From positions 186,001-250,000 of the forward strand of contig MCFE01000006.1 of NCBI GenBank assembly GCA_002104905.1: a DNA stretch of 64,000 nt. Reading direction: 5' to 3'. The DNA is from Basidiobolus meristosporus CBS 931.73 (lineage: Eukaryota > Fungi > Basidiobolomycota). The notes beneath the pieces are model-generated. The model was not told the origin of the DNA and made no database searches. It saw only the letters and a list, made by a program, of their open reading frames with translations. Of this stretch, positions 23,940 through 36,670 are shown one piece after another. Both the position numbers and the translations under genes were made by a program. Positions within the stretch are counted from its first letter, which is position 1; the number at the start of each line of letters is the position of its first letter.

Positions 23940-26900
23940 AGACTTGTTTCATTGTACCATGCCAGGGTATGTGGTGCAATCTGTGGACTCTAAGAACAAT
24001 TTGGGGCAATAATATATATACTAGTAGGTAGGATTGCTCTTGCACTATTTTGCACCATTGTGCACCATGTGTGACAATCTTGCACACTATGGCTCAATCT
24101 GACATAATGTGGTTGGCATGGATGATTGTGCCAACTTGTATTGCTTGCATCAAGTACACAATTTGATACTACTATTGTGGTAGGTAAGATCTGGTGTTTG
24201 GATATGTTTCTTCAAAGTGAATGAAATTAAATGCATCTCACACCATAAACTACACTGATACTTTCCATTTTGGTTACCATTACTCCAATTGGATGGTATC
24301 TCAGCAGTTATTTGGTCCAAAAGTATCCTGAAGCTGTCAGCCCCCCATTGGCTCTTTGGCCAATACACAAGCTACCTGATTTGCCATCAAATTTCCCATT
24401 TTGCCCATTGAGCAAGTAAATCCCTGATCCTAGTGATTGGACAAGGTGGCATAGCTAGCACCCAACCAATTGTATAGGTGTAACACAGATTAAATGGCTG
24501 CACTGGTGTTAAGATGATGCATAAATATGCAGGGTGTTTAATTACACGGGTTCTGTGTCTAATGTGAGACAACCTTGATATTGCTTATATCAAGAATTTA
24601 GTGACCACAGACTTGCAATGGCTCAATTTGGATTGCAAAAAAATATGTGGTCTGGATCATGACAAATAATAGTGATTCAATGTTTCCTGGGGCTCTATTG
24701 CAAATGTGAGACAGTCTTGATATTACTTATAACAAATATTTAGTGACCACTGATTTATAATGGCTTAAGTTGAATTGCAAAAAAAATGAGTTGTTTGGAT
24801 TGTAACAAAAGGTAATGGTTCAATGCAATTGCACCATCTTCTCCTAGGTTTTTTCTAACAGGGATTACTACTGAAGCATTTGGTGGTGATTCACTTTGCA
24901 CACCTAGGCTACTTCCTTGCTGACTATCCTCTTGGCTACTCTTGTATTTCTAGTCAGTGTTTTGCTCCTAGTTGATGAGTGCAATGCTGCAGCTTGGCTG
25001 CACTTAGTTGCTCTGGATAATGCTACTGAACTGGCCTGCAGTGCTACATGCTGACATGTTCTTTTACTTGCCAAAGGCTCTGGGGGTAGAGGCACTTTAT
25101 GTGGATTATCATCAGTCAATTCACCAGAAGAAACATGCTGATGGTAATGTGTAATGGCACATGCAGACACAACTTGATGTGCTGGTATGTCCCTTGGCTG
25201 AGTTCAAGGTGATGCTGCTGGTTGATGCAACCTGGCGCACTCCAATGGACTCATGTCTAAATGAGCAGTTTGGCAAGTTCTGGTGGTTTTGCTCTGAAGC
25301 ACACTCATTGACCCAACATACATTGACTTGATGCAGGGTGCTCTAACAATGGGTATTGGCATAGTTTGGACTGATGTGTGCCATCATGCTGAAGTTGCAA
25401 GGGATGGTAAGGAATCCAGCAAGGTGTGCTGGCTCAATCTAGACACTATTGCTTGTGGTGTAGTGGGGTCACAGTGACACCCACTAACAGATGTGCTCAC
25501 TCCTATATTTTCTACTTCCCTATTACACTACTCCACTTATTTTAGTTTTATCCCAATTGTCTTACCTGATCAGTACTATCCCATAGGCCTGTTGACTATT
25601 GCACTGGCTTACCTTATTGCATATGTTATCCCCCACTTTATGTAAGATTACTAGCAGTAAGTGCTTATGTATTAGGCAAGTACCCACACCAGTGCCTGTA
25701 CTACATGATTAACCTGTGTCACCATCCCTACCATTTCCATACCATATTAGTCTTACACTCTCAGCTCATTCTTGGTTTTAATACTTGTCTTATTATATAT
25801 CTTCTTACATACATCTGCTGGCATCTTGATGTAGAACTCCTGCCACAGCTTTCTACTTAGGTTCTTCCATCTCTGTCAACACTATGAGGTATCTAGTTCT
25901 GCTAGATTAATGAGTAGTGCCCAAATATCTGTACAAAGGCTTATCATAGACACTTGGGCCACACTAAAATCATTTGGTAAGAACTCAAACAGATCTGACA
26001 TTGACTTCTCCAGTCCAGACCATGCTTGTTAGCTAGTGGATGGGTTTTGTCTGGGTTGTACTAAAGATGAGTTGAGACTTGGTGTAGGGACCATAGTGAC
26101 AAATTTGGATACTTATACAGTGGTGTTTGGCATCAACCTGGTCTTATATAAAATATATATAAAACTAATGAAATTTTTAATTTCCATATATTATGCATAA
26201 TGCTTCTTGGATTGCATTGACACAGATCAGATCGCACCAATGATAGATTCCATATTTGATTATAGACTTGAGTGTAAAGCATTAATAAAAATACCAAGTC
26301 ATTGTTTGAGGATGACTTTTTTAACATAATGATGGATTAAATGACAATTGATGGAGATTTAATCATAATGCATGGAAAATCAGATAAATAAAGCTTATTG
26401 CTCCAAGTTGCATCAATTCACCTCAGCCCATTCACCTACCAATTTTAATATGATTTACTCATCTGAATGGTCTTTTCTCATCAGTCCCATCACTACCACT
26501 GGATTTCCTTTTTACACACTTGAGGAGATCTATACCAAGTGCTGTGGACCATCTACCCCAATCTACTCAAGGAGATCCCTTGTTAAGCCTCTCTGCTAGT
26601 ACAAGAAGTATTGCCCCACAAGGTTTGTCCCTCCACCCATGGCAACAAAAGTCCTAGAAGGTTTTATTCCCAGCTGAGAGCAATGGAGAACCACCTTGCA
26701 GAGGGTATGAATGACTTAGAGCAAGCTTTGAATACCAGGTTCAGTAGCTCCAATAGACCTCCATATCCCTGAGTGTTCCACAACAGGTTCCATATAAGGA
26801 GTGTTCTGGATACCTTCCCAGTCAAGATTAACAGACCTTCTAGAGGGCAGAGGTACTTTTATTCTGGTAAGTACAAGGCACACTGTGCAAAGTTTCAAGC

Positions 26901-27514
26901 ACTATCTGGCATTGATGGTAACATCATTTGGTTTAGTGGGCAGTTTGCTGGAAGTAGGCATGATAGAGTACTCTGGGTAGAGAATCATCCAGAATTTGTA
27001 GAGGGGAGAAATATATGGCAGACTTAGCTTATACAGGAGGGGATTGTCAAAGATTAGGATGTATTACATCATACAGGAAGTAAAGGAATGGTGTGCTTAG
27101 CAAGAAGCAGAAGCTCTACAATGAGATACTTATTTATTTCAGAGTGAGGGTAGAGGATATATTGGATATCTGAAGCTATTCAGCATATTGGCAGATAAAT
27201 ACAGAGGAAAGGCATAAATAGGAGAAAACAGCACAATAGGTAAGATAGTTGAGATACTTATCAATACACAGCATATTCAAACAAGATGACATCCACTGAG
27301 AGAAATGTGTCTGGTGCATTATGAAGAGTAAATAGAGTAAGGAAAGTACTATTCTGAGCAACAAATGTCAGATTAAATAAAATTACCAGTAACTATATCC
27401 TACCACTGGCATTATGGTAGAAATTATAGTACCAGACAGTGCCATACAGTGCCAGATCAATCCAGCACTATAAACAAGCTGGCACTAGGTGGCACTATCC
27501 AATGGAACAAGTCT
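23940..27514. mobile_element. Near-complete two-gene PHIS-superfamily (PIF/Harbinger-ISL2EU-related) DNA transposon, inactivated
   Basis: Left end AGACTTGTTTCATTG at 23940 (preceded by ATT) and right end CAATGGAACAAGTCT at 27514. Repeated subterminal TGGCAC/GTGCCA motifs. ORF X on minus (about 24830-26110) and DDE transposase on plus. Confidence 0.75.
26372..27270 (+). pseudogene. DDE_Tnp_4 (ISL2/IS5-like) transposase relic
   Basis: VLDTFPVKINRP..QRYFYSGKYKAHCAKFQAL..DG.I..SG..GSRHD, then ADLAYTG and KQKLYNE..FRVRVE, giving the D..D..E catalytic motifs of this family. Confidence 0.8.
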
Positions 27515-27950
27515 ATCTTACCTATTCTGCTGTTTTCTCCTATATATGACTTTCCTCTGTATTTACCTGCCAATATGCTGAATCTCTTTTGATAGCCATA
27601 TATATGCTCCACCCTCACTCTGAAATGAATAAATATCTCATTGTAGGTCTTCTGCTTCCTGCTAAGCACATCATTCCTTTACTTCCTGTATGATGTAATA
27701 CATCCTGGTATGGTAGTATTATTCATTGCTAGATGTAGGCTACTGTACTGCTATTACAGTGCCAGCAGAGGTGGTAAAGAGTCCATCAAGTCACTGGCAT
27801 ATTTTTATCATATAAGGCAATTAGATATATTGGCCAGTTAGGTGCACTCTAAGAAATGTATAATGCATTAGAACCATCAAAAGCTATGCAATTCTTGCCA
27901 AAAGACCACTGAAATACTACCATGTTTTACTTTGATATACTTGACAGCTG
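27515..27950 (-). pseudogene. Inverted relic of the same transposase C-terminus
   Basis: LSRKQKTYNEIFIHFRVRVEHIYGYQKRFSILAGKYRG; 27520-27710 is a diverged reverse complement of 27060-27245. Confidence 0.7.
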
Positions 27951-28451
27951 ATCTAGATTAGATCCACCTAGAGGATCAAATTATTGTTCATTGGGTCTCT
28001 GTTTGATGCACTGGTTGTGAGTATGAACTTTCCTCTTACAGTAGCCATAAGACAGGCTGTTATTGCCTTTCAAGTGTCTTGAGTACTTTCTTGAGTGGCT
28101 GATGTTGCCTATAGAAGCATTTCTTCTCCCTTTTTGTTGGCACTGGATTTTTATATTCCCACTTAGGGGTTTTCAAAATATGCATCTTATGGTGATATTG
28201 TCAATTTTGAGCTCTACGTCTTTACAAGAAGCTGAAACCTATGTGTCAGGCTGTTCATGAAAGTAACTAGCACATTTTAATCAGTAGCTTGTAAACACAT
28301 TCATTCCATCTCATTAACAAACAGGGTTCTCCTGACTATTATATTTATCATTTCTTCTCCTAAAACCATCTCTATAGTAAGCAACTTCTATCTGTTGTAA
28401 AAATCTGTCATTCCATCTAAACATTCACCTAACTTAGTCACTTAGATCATT

Positions 28452-29785
28452 AGACTTGTTCTGTTGGATAGTGCTATATTGGACCATGAGTGCTAAATGA
28501 TGCCATGGTGTGCCAGGGAGGCCAAGTGAAGCTATACTTTGCCACAGAGTGTGAAACATAGCTCTGCATCTTAATGCAAAGCAGCCTCTGTGTTTCACCT
28601 ATTAGACTTGTTCTGTTGGATAGTGCCACATTGAGCCATGAGTGCCAAATGATGCCATAGTGTGCCAGAGAGGCCAAGTGAGCCTCTACCTGGCCACAGA
28701 GTGTGAAACATAGCTCTGCATCTTCATGCAAAGCAGCCCCTGTGTTTCACCCATTGTGTTGGAGAAAATCCATTTTTTGACCTTTTTTTTTGAATCAATG
28801 TTGTGCAGGATGTGTTAGAGCACAAGCAGATTGAAGATATGCATCTGGTACTCAATACCCATGGCACTCTAAATCTAGCTCCTGTAGCTTGTATCATGTC
28901 ACAAAAATGAATGGCACTATCTTGGTCCACTGGTACTGTCTGGCACTATAAGTGCTTTGTATAGATCTTACATTAGGTCTAATATTTAAATATAGTGCCA
29001 GATAGTACCAGTGGACCAAGATAGTGCCATTCATTTTTGTGACATGATACAAGCTACAGGAGCTAGATTCAGAGTGCCATGGGTATTGAGTACCAGACGC
29101 ATATCTTCAGTTCTCCTGTGCTCTTACACATCCTGAGCTACATTGATCCACAAAAAAAGGTCAAAAAATGGATTTTCTCCAACACAATGGGTGAAACACA
29201 GGGGCTGCTTTGCATGAAGATGCAGAGCTATGTTTCACACTCTGTGGCCAAGTATAGGCTCACTTTACCTCTCTGGCACACTATGGTATCATTTGGCACT
29301 CATGGCTCAATGTGGCACTATCCAACGGAACAAGTCTATTGTGCTGGAGAAAATCCATTTTTTGATCTTTATTAAGACCAATGTTGTGTAGGATGTATAT
29401 TTAATTATTAGCCCTAAAGTAAGACCTATTCAAAGTACTTATAGTGCCATATTGTACCAGTGGACCAAGAGGGTGCCATGCATCTTTGTGAAATGTTACA
29501 AGCTGCAGGAGCTAGATTCAAAGTGCCATGGGTATTGAGTACCAGGTGCATGTCTTCAGTCCTTCTGAGCTCTTAAACATCCTACTCAACATTGATCCAC
29601 AAAAAAGGTCAAAAAATGGATTTTCTCTTGCATAATAGGTGAAACACAAGGGTTGCTTTGAATGAAGATGCAGAGCTATGTTTTACACTCTGTGGCCAAG
29701 CTTAGGCTCACTTGGCCTCTCTGGCACACTATGGCATCATTTGGCACTCATAGCTCAATGTGGCACTATCCAACAGAACAAGTCT
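28452..29785. mobile_element. Non-autonomous PHIS-family foldback element (outer)
   Basis: Ends AGACTTGTTCTGTTGGATAGTG ... CACTATCCAACAGAACAAGTCT, with TSD ATT/ATT. Confidence 0.88.
28604..29337. mobile_element. Non-autonomous PHIS-family foldback element (inner), near-perfect 734-bp palindrome
   Basis: Arms of about 347 bp (28604-28950 / 28991-29337) around a spacer of about 40 bp. TSD ATT/ATT; the empty site matches 28742-28770. Confidence 0.9.
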
Positions 29786-31010
29786 ATTACCTTCAAATCT
29801 TAGTGTATACTAACCAAACTCCCTGTGGGGATTTACTTGGAGAATTTTCACTAGCATATCAGGTACCCAGAACATGATTACTCTCAAAGTTGTCCAAACA
29901 GCCCCAAACTTTGCACACATGTTCTTGGGATCTTCCATAACCTAATCAATGTGTTTGGAATGCCAGGACCATTTAAAGTATAAGAACTACTTTTACATTC
30001 AATAAATAATTAATTGAAAACCATATGATATACTTGTCCTTCCAAGTCACTTCCAATATCTCCAAGACTCTTACAACATTATCTACAGCACATTTTCTCA
30101 GCAGCTCAGCATGACTAAAAGATTTCCTTGAGTACCTTCCAGGCACTCTTTGGTATTTTGGCTCTTTTCCATTGAGCAGCAATTTGCCTCTAATATCAAC
30201 CCTAAGAGAATAAAACAACAAAAGGCCAGCAGGATACTGTCATGGAATCTGCTGAAATCCAATTTTCATAAAGGCAACATCTTTCAATACCTCATGTGCC
30301 AGCTTGACAGCACACAAGCAAAATTCTTTTTTAAGTGAGTCTTGGCCAACTGGTGCTCTTACCAAAATTAGTAATTAGCTACTCATTGTGTCTGCCAAGA
30401 GTTGCAACTGAAACCTGAAGAAGAAGCATCAGCTGAAAAACCAATGAGTTACAACTTCATTATTTCTCATAGGGTAAGGCAGGTGTAGCTAAGTGTGCTT
30501 TTTTCTTTCTTTGAGTACTTTTAGGTCTCTTCTCTTGCACCTTTAGGAAGGCATCCTTCCCCCACAATTGTATCCAAAAGGTCTTGTGCCTGTAATAGAA
30601 TCTTGAAGTGCACCTTCAAGTCTTGGTAGTTAGTTCCATTCAACCTTGCAGCAGAGAAAAAATTTCAGTATCAACAGTGGTAGGCACTCCAGGGAGTGAT
30701 AGCTCAGGGTGCATAACAGTTTTAAAAGTCTTGGAGTTATTGCAATTAATTGGGAGAGCAAGTAGATTTAGTGGCTTTTACTGAGTCACTTATTAAATGT
30801 AAAAGTTGTATATGTGCTGTTATATGATCTTGGCCAAATAAACATGTAAAATATGCTTAGAAAGGTCTTAAGTGCATGTGCACAATGTTTGGGGCAGCTT
30901 GTAAAACTTTAAGAAAATCCTTGTTCTTGGTACCCATATTTTGGTGACAATACTAGATTTGTGTATCATGATCTGAGGGCTAAGTTGGGGAAAGGCCTAA
31001 CTATAAGGAC

Positions 31011-34000
31011 TGCTTTAAGAGTCCTGGGAATACTGAAAGTGATTGGAAAAACAAGTAGATTAAGTGGTTTTCACTTAATGATTAATTGTGTGTAAAGCAA
31101 GATATACACTTTTGCTTGGTCTTGCAAAATAACCACATAAAGCATACTTAGAAAGGTCCCAAGAACATGAGTGCAAGATTTGGGGCAGCTGGGACAACTT
31201 TGAGAATAATCATGTTCTGGGTACCTTATATTTTGGTGAAAATACTCCAAGTAAATCCCCAGAAGGAATTTGGACAGTATTACTAAGACTTGTAGGTAAT
31301 GGTCTTAGTGGCTAAGCTAGATCAATATTGGTAAAACTACAAGCTTTTATAACACTGCCACTCAACTAAATGTGCGTACTGAATAGTCCTAATTTTGACC
31401 CAAGATATTCAAGTTTGTTTCTAGCTAATGATTTGGTAAATATGTCTAAAATCTTTTATTAGTAGGACAATACACAAAGTTAACTAAGTTACTCTCTACA
31501 GCTTCACATTTGAATTATATCTAATATCTGTGTGCTCAGTTCTGGCATAAAAAGTTGGATTTCTACCTAATTGTATGTATCCATGATTATCTTGTAATAA
31601 AGTAACAGATGTATCTTGACATAAGGCTAAATCTTGAAATACTTTCTTGATCACATTGCTTCTTTTGTAGCTTCACAGGATGCCATATACTTTGCCTCTG
31701 TTGTAGAAAGTGTTACAATTGGTTGCTTTCTGGAACTCTATGAAATTGCTCCTTTACAGTAAAGAAAGGTGCACCCTGTAGAGGGTTTTCTGTCTTCTAT
31801 AATTTCCTCCCAATTAGTATCCAAGTATCCACAGAATCCTGTTTTGGGTCCTTATAGGCGCACCTTAAGCAGATATCAACAGTTCCTTTTAGGTATCTAA
31901 AAATCTGGGTAACTGCTGTAATAAGATCAGACTTATAGTTCTGATTATGCTGGCTGGCAACTGCACTAAATATGAGATATCTGGGCATGTTGCAAGCAAT
32001 ATTGACATTAAACTGTTGACTATAGAATGGTAAGGGAATTCTGAACTTTCAGATGGCACCAAACTCTCATGATTTGGTTGAATCTTGACCAAGTTATGTT
32101 TTGTCTCCATTGATGTGGCTGCCAATCCATAGTTCTTTATTTGGTACTTCCTTAGTATAATTTGAATAGACTTCAATTGACTTAGATGAGAGTCTGGGTA
32201 TCTCTGTGGAGATCTTTTTCCCCAAGTAGTAATTGTGTACTTCCAGATTAGACATCTTGAACTCCTTAAAGAGACTGGATTTAGTTTTTTCCAATGTTTC
32301 TTAGTTATTGGTGGCTGCAATAAGATCATTCACATATATGGCTTATAAAACTAGGTTTACTCTATCTGGCTTATAGTAGATACTTTAGCAAACCATACTC
32401 CTTTGGAAATTCAATGATTTCAAATTTCAATTCCAGTCTCTTGGTGATTGTTTCAGGCCAAATAGAGGTTTTTTAAGCTTGCAGACCAAACAGGAGTAAT
32501 ATTGGTTGATAAACCTGTCAGGCTGGTGCCTGTACACATTCTCATCAAGATCTGCATTACAAAATGCAGTTTTACATCTATCTGATAAATTAAAAGCTTA
32601 TATTTGGCTGCAATAGCCAATATCAATCTGATGGAGTTGAACCTTACTACCAGTTCAAAAGCCTCCATGTATTCAGGTCCTTTTGTTTAAGAGTATACTT
32701 TGGCCACAGGTCTTGCTTTGTATCTTTCAGTTGTACTATTAGTCTTGAGTTTCATCTTGAACACTCATCTGCATGCAATTGATTTTGGTTGATTAGCAAT
32801 TTGACTAAATCCCAAATCTGATATTCCAGCTGGCCCAGAGAATCACCAGTCATTTCAGATCTCCATATTTTGTCTGAAGTCTATTTAGTGCCTCTTTCAC
32901 ACCCTGGGGATCATCAGTGTGGCCTGAATATGCATATGCTAAGTTACAACCTTTGTTGATATAGCAATTTGGGCTATTTCTGGTCAGGTTGGATTTTCTA
33001 GCTTTTAATACTGAAAGGATCACATCTGAGATATCCCTGAGCACCAACACAGGCTTAACCATGGTTTTAAAGTCCCCAGAAGTGAAAAGAGCTCTATTGT
33101 TTTGCTCTGATTCAATCTTGACTATTAGTGGACTGGAGATCAGATATTTATCACTATCTGATGTATCTTTGATGCAAATTTGGAATTTCCATGACACAAC
33201 ACTTTCCTGGACTTGGTCATCTTCTTGGCTTTGGTATTGTAGAGTGTGTATGCCTTACTCTCATTGTAGCAGCCCAAATACATGCATCTTACACTCATTG
33301 GCTCAAATTTGACTGATTTCCAAATAGGTTCTGAGCAAATGCAATGCACCTGTATATTCTTAGATGCTATGTATCTGATCTGCATTCATACCATGCCTCA
33401 AGTGAAGTAGAATCACAGAGTATTTTTCTATAACCACTCTTTCTGAGATATACAGCTATTGCAATGCAAGAATCATTGTCTAATTTCTGATCATGGGTCA
33501 TAAATCTTGTCATATCAGTTATTAATCTGTTTGCACATTTGGCCTCTCCATTTTTCTGTGGGGAGTATGGTAAAGTGTGTTGTAAGAATTTGTATTTCCA
33601 CCTGAATATTCACCTAACTTGTTCACTTAGATCATTACCTTCGATTCCTAGAGAATACTGACCAAATTCCTTGTCGGGATTTACTTACAATATTTTCACC
33701 AAAATACCAGGTACCCAGAACACAAAAATTCTCAAAGTTATCCAAACAGCCCCAAACTTTGCACACATATTCTTGGGACCTTCCTTAGCCCATTTTATGT
33801 GCTTGTTATCCCAAGACCATGTAAAAGTAGAAATACTACTTTTACATTCAATAAATCATTAAGTGAAAACCATATAATCTACTTGTTCTTGCAATCACTT
33901 CCAATAACTCCAAGACTCTTACAACAAAGTGGTCTCTTAATTTATCCCATGAATTCTGACAAAGTGGATGAAGAGTTTAAAGGTATATTCTCCACCATTG

Positions 34001-35568
34001 TCAGAGCATATATTCTTGATTTTTTCACCAGCTTCTCTCTCCACTTTGGCTTTGAGCTCCTTGAGCTTAGACAGAGCTTCTTCCTTTCTTTCCATCAAGT
34101 GTACCCACATGTATGTTGTTTAATTATCAACAAAACTAAATAAATACTTTATCCCACCCAGGGATAAATTTTGTATAGGTGCACACAGATCTGGGTAGAG
34201 TATTCAGCAGTATTCTGAGGAGTATCAGAAGTAATGTGGAGCACCAGAGAATATACATGTTACTCACTTGTAGATTTATTGATCAGAAGTATGGTAATTA
34301 TACTTTTGGTAAAGTAGATCAAACAAGTGTGTAGAGTTTGTTCAGGAAGATCCCAAGAATATATGTGCAAAGTATGGGAGCTATTGGATAACTTTGAGAA
34401 AGATCACAGTTGGGGTACATGATAATATGGTGAAAATATTCCAAGTAAATCCTAACAAGAAATCTGGTCAGGACAGAATGCTGATCAAAGAATAAGATCT
34501 ATGTGTCTAGGTTAACATGAATACTTTGGTGACAACCTATTCATTACAACTGAATGATCCAATTTTCTCTTAGTTTTGATCAGCCCAGAGCGCTTGAACA
34601 GCTGTCTGGCTTATTTTCCATAAATGCAGGCTTCAAAGTGCTCCAAATTAGCTGGGGGATCAGCTTTTACTCCAGAAATTGGCTAATCAAAATTGATGTG
34701 TACAAATCTACTCTGCCAAATCGTTGGTGTTTCTTCATTTAAGTTACATATGTTGGCTTCCAGATATGATGAAATATAAGTCAGCTTGTATAGATTCTGA
34801 TCTCTGGTACCCAATGTAATGTGGGCACTATTTTGATCAGTGATCCTGCATTCAGAATTGTCAAAATTGAAACAGAGTCCTTTCACTATGGCCTTGCTTA
34901 CAGACAGTAGATTCTTGGTAATTTCTGCTACATAGAGTACTTCTTTAAAGGTAAGTGTGTGGCTTCCTTCACTACTTCTAAGATTCACTTGGATAGTTCT
35001 TCTCAAATTGCATCAAGTGTTCCATAGTCACCCATGAAAACTTTGTTGATTGGAATATCTTGATATTGGATAAAAAGTTGTTTTTGGTGTGTGATGTGTT
35101 GAGATGCTCCATAGTCAGTATATCAGATCTGAGAGTCCTTGTTTCTGATCATACTTAGGGCATATATGAATAGTCTATCTTCAATTGTTGCAGCATTTCC
35201 ATCTTCAGGCTTGTTCTACCTACTATCTCCCTTTTTTAGGCACCTGTTTGATGCACATCCTTTCCTTTTGCAGTTGTTTCAAAACAGATTGCTGTTGCCT
35301 TTAAAGGACCTTGAGTACCTCCTTTGTTGGTTATCATTGCTCATTAAACAGTTTCTTGTTCCTTCTGATTGGTGCTTAATTTTCTTTGCTCTTCATCCAG
35401 GAGCCTTCCATATACATAATTCAAAGTCAAATCTTCAGTTCTGGACTCTGGGGCTGATACAAGGTGCTGAAACTTGTCTGTCAGGCTATCCAAGCTGGTA
35501 ACTATCACATCCTCATCAGTAGTTAGTACTCTCACAGATTCCATCTCATCAATCAACTGTGTAATTCT
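31011..35568 (-). mobile_element. Older copia element (3' LTR about 31011-31354, RNase H, RT, INT, PR, gag), 5'-truncated and interrupted
   Basis: Colinear with 16072-20000. ORFs 31797-31988, 32453-32668, 34683-35006 and 35344-35556 match copia domains. An LTR piece lies at about 34200-34470. Confidence 0.85.
33578..33926 (+). mobile_element. Solo copia LTR inserted in the integrase of the older copia
   Basis: TGTTGT...ACAACA, 349 bp, perfect TSD AAGTG. The flanks rejoin into the INT sequence seen at 18655-18700. Confidence 0.92.
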
Positions 35569-36670
35569 TGTTGTAAAAGCTCATAATTCCACCTAAATGT
35601 TCACCTAACTTGGTCACTTATATCATTACCTTCAAATTCTAGAGAATACATACCAAATTCCTTGTTGGGATTTGTTTAGAATACTTTTACCAAAATATGA
35701 AGTACCCAGAACATGAGAATTCTCAAGGTTGTCCAAACAGCTCCAAGGTTTGCATACATGTTCTTGGGACCTTCCTAAGCCTATTTTATGTGTTTATTAT
35801 GCCAAGACCATGTAAAAGTATAAACACCACTTTTACGTTCAATAAATCATTAAGCAGAAATCGCATAATCTACTTGACCTCTGGATGCCTAATACTTTGG
35901 TGAAAATACTCCAATTAAATCCTGACAAGGAATTTGGTCAGTATTCACTAAGATTTGTAGGCAATGATCTAAGTGACTAAGCTAGGTGACTATTTAGGTG
36001 GAGTTACTAAGTTCAACAAGTAAAAAATTTACAATAAAAATAAGGTATTTATATTTCTAGGAAGATTTTCCAGACTCTTAAAGAGAATGCTTTGAGAAAG
36101 GGCCCAGGAATGTTTGCCAAGTGTGGGGGATTTTTGACAAATTTGGAGATATTGTTACCTCTATGGTCACTAATTGTAAAATCCAGTTAATATTGTAGTC
36201 AATAAAACTACACAAGTAAATAGTAACTTGGCAATAAGCTCACTGGAATCTTATGTTATATGAATGGTCTAGGTGTAAACAAAGCATTTACAACACAAAG
36301 ACCCCCAGACCTAACACATGCTTTTAGAACCTTCCTAAGCATATCCCACAAACTTTGTTTGCCAAAACTATGTATATGTATAAATCCTACTTTACATTCA
36401 ATAAATCATCCAGTGAAAATGACTTTGATTACTTGTTCTCCCAATTGCCTCCAACATCTCCAAGACTCTTAAAAAGCAAAAACCCACTCCACCATTTCTC
36501 AGGAGCATCAAGGGGAGATATAAGTAGGTGGAAATGCAACCACTTATACTAGAGCCAAGTGCATATATACTTGAAGCAGCTTCATCTGGGAAGCTATAGT
36601 TGATTATGTGGCTTTCACTTGATGATTAATTGGATGTAAAACATTCAATATGTTTACGGTCCCAAGAAGG
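35569..36670. repeat. Cluster of truncated copia LTR relics in both orientations
   Basis: Recurring LTR motifs (cacctaactt..cacttagatcattaccttc; ccaagaccatgtaaaagt; ttcaataaatcat). Confidence 0.7.

Larger units (their letters stand above)
28393..30078 (+). mobile_element. Solo copia LTR (349 bp net) carrying two nested MITEs
   Basis: TGTTGT start and ACAACA end, TSD CTATC/TTATC. Removing 28452-29788 restores ttagatcATTaccttcaaat as in the other LTR copies. Confidence 0.85.
28010..30960 (-). mobile_element. Copia gag relic with LTR remnant (about 30720-30960), interrupted by a solo LTR
   Basis: RLNGTNYQD..KILLQAQDL next to PBS-like GTTATGCACCC. The reading AAEKMCCR | KLLTIEMVLGEEM continues across 28393-30078, and a KKCFY zinc-knuckle relic lies near 28120. 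Confidence 0.65.

Noticed and set aside
28452-29785. CRISPR-like or satellite array from the recurring TGGCACTATCCAA..GAACAAGTCT motif
   Set aside because: The copies are inverted termini of nested transposons with TSDs, not regularly spaced direct repeats.
1-36650. Classical ascomycete RIP (CpA to TpA)
   Set aside because: CpA/TpG is abundant and the missing dinucleotide is CpG.
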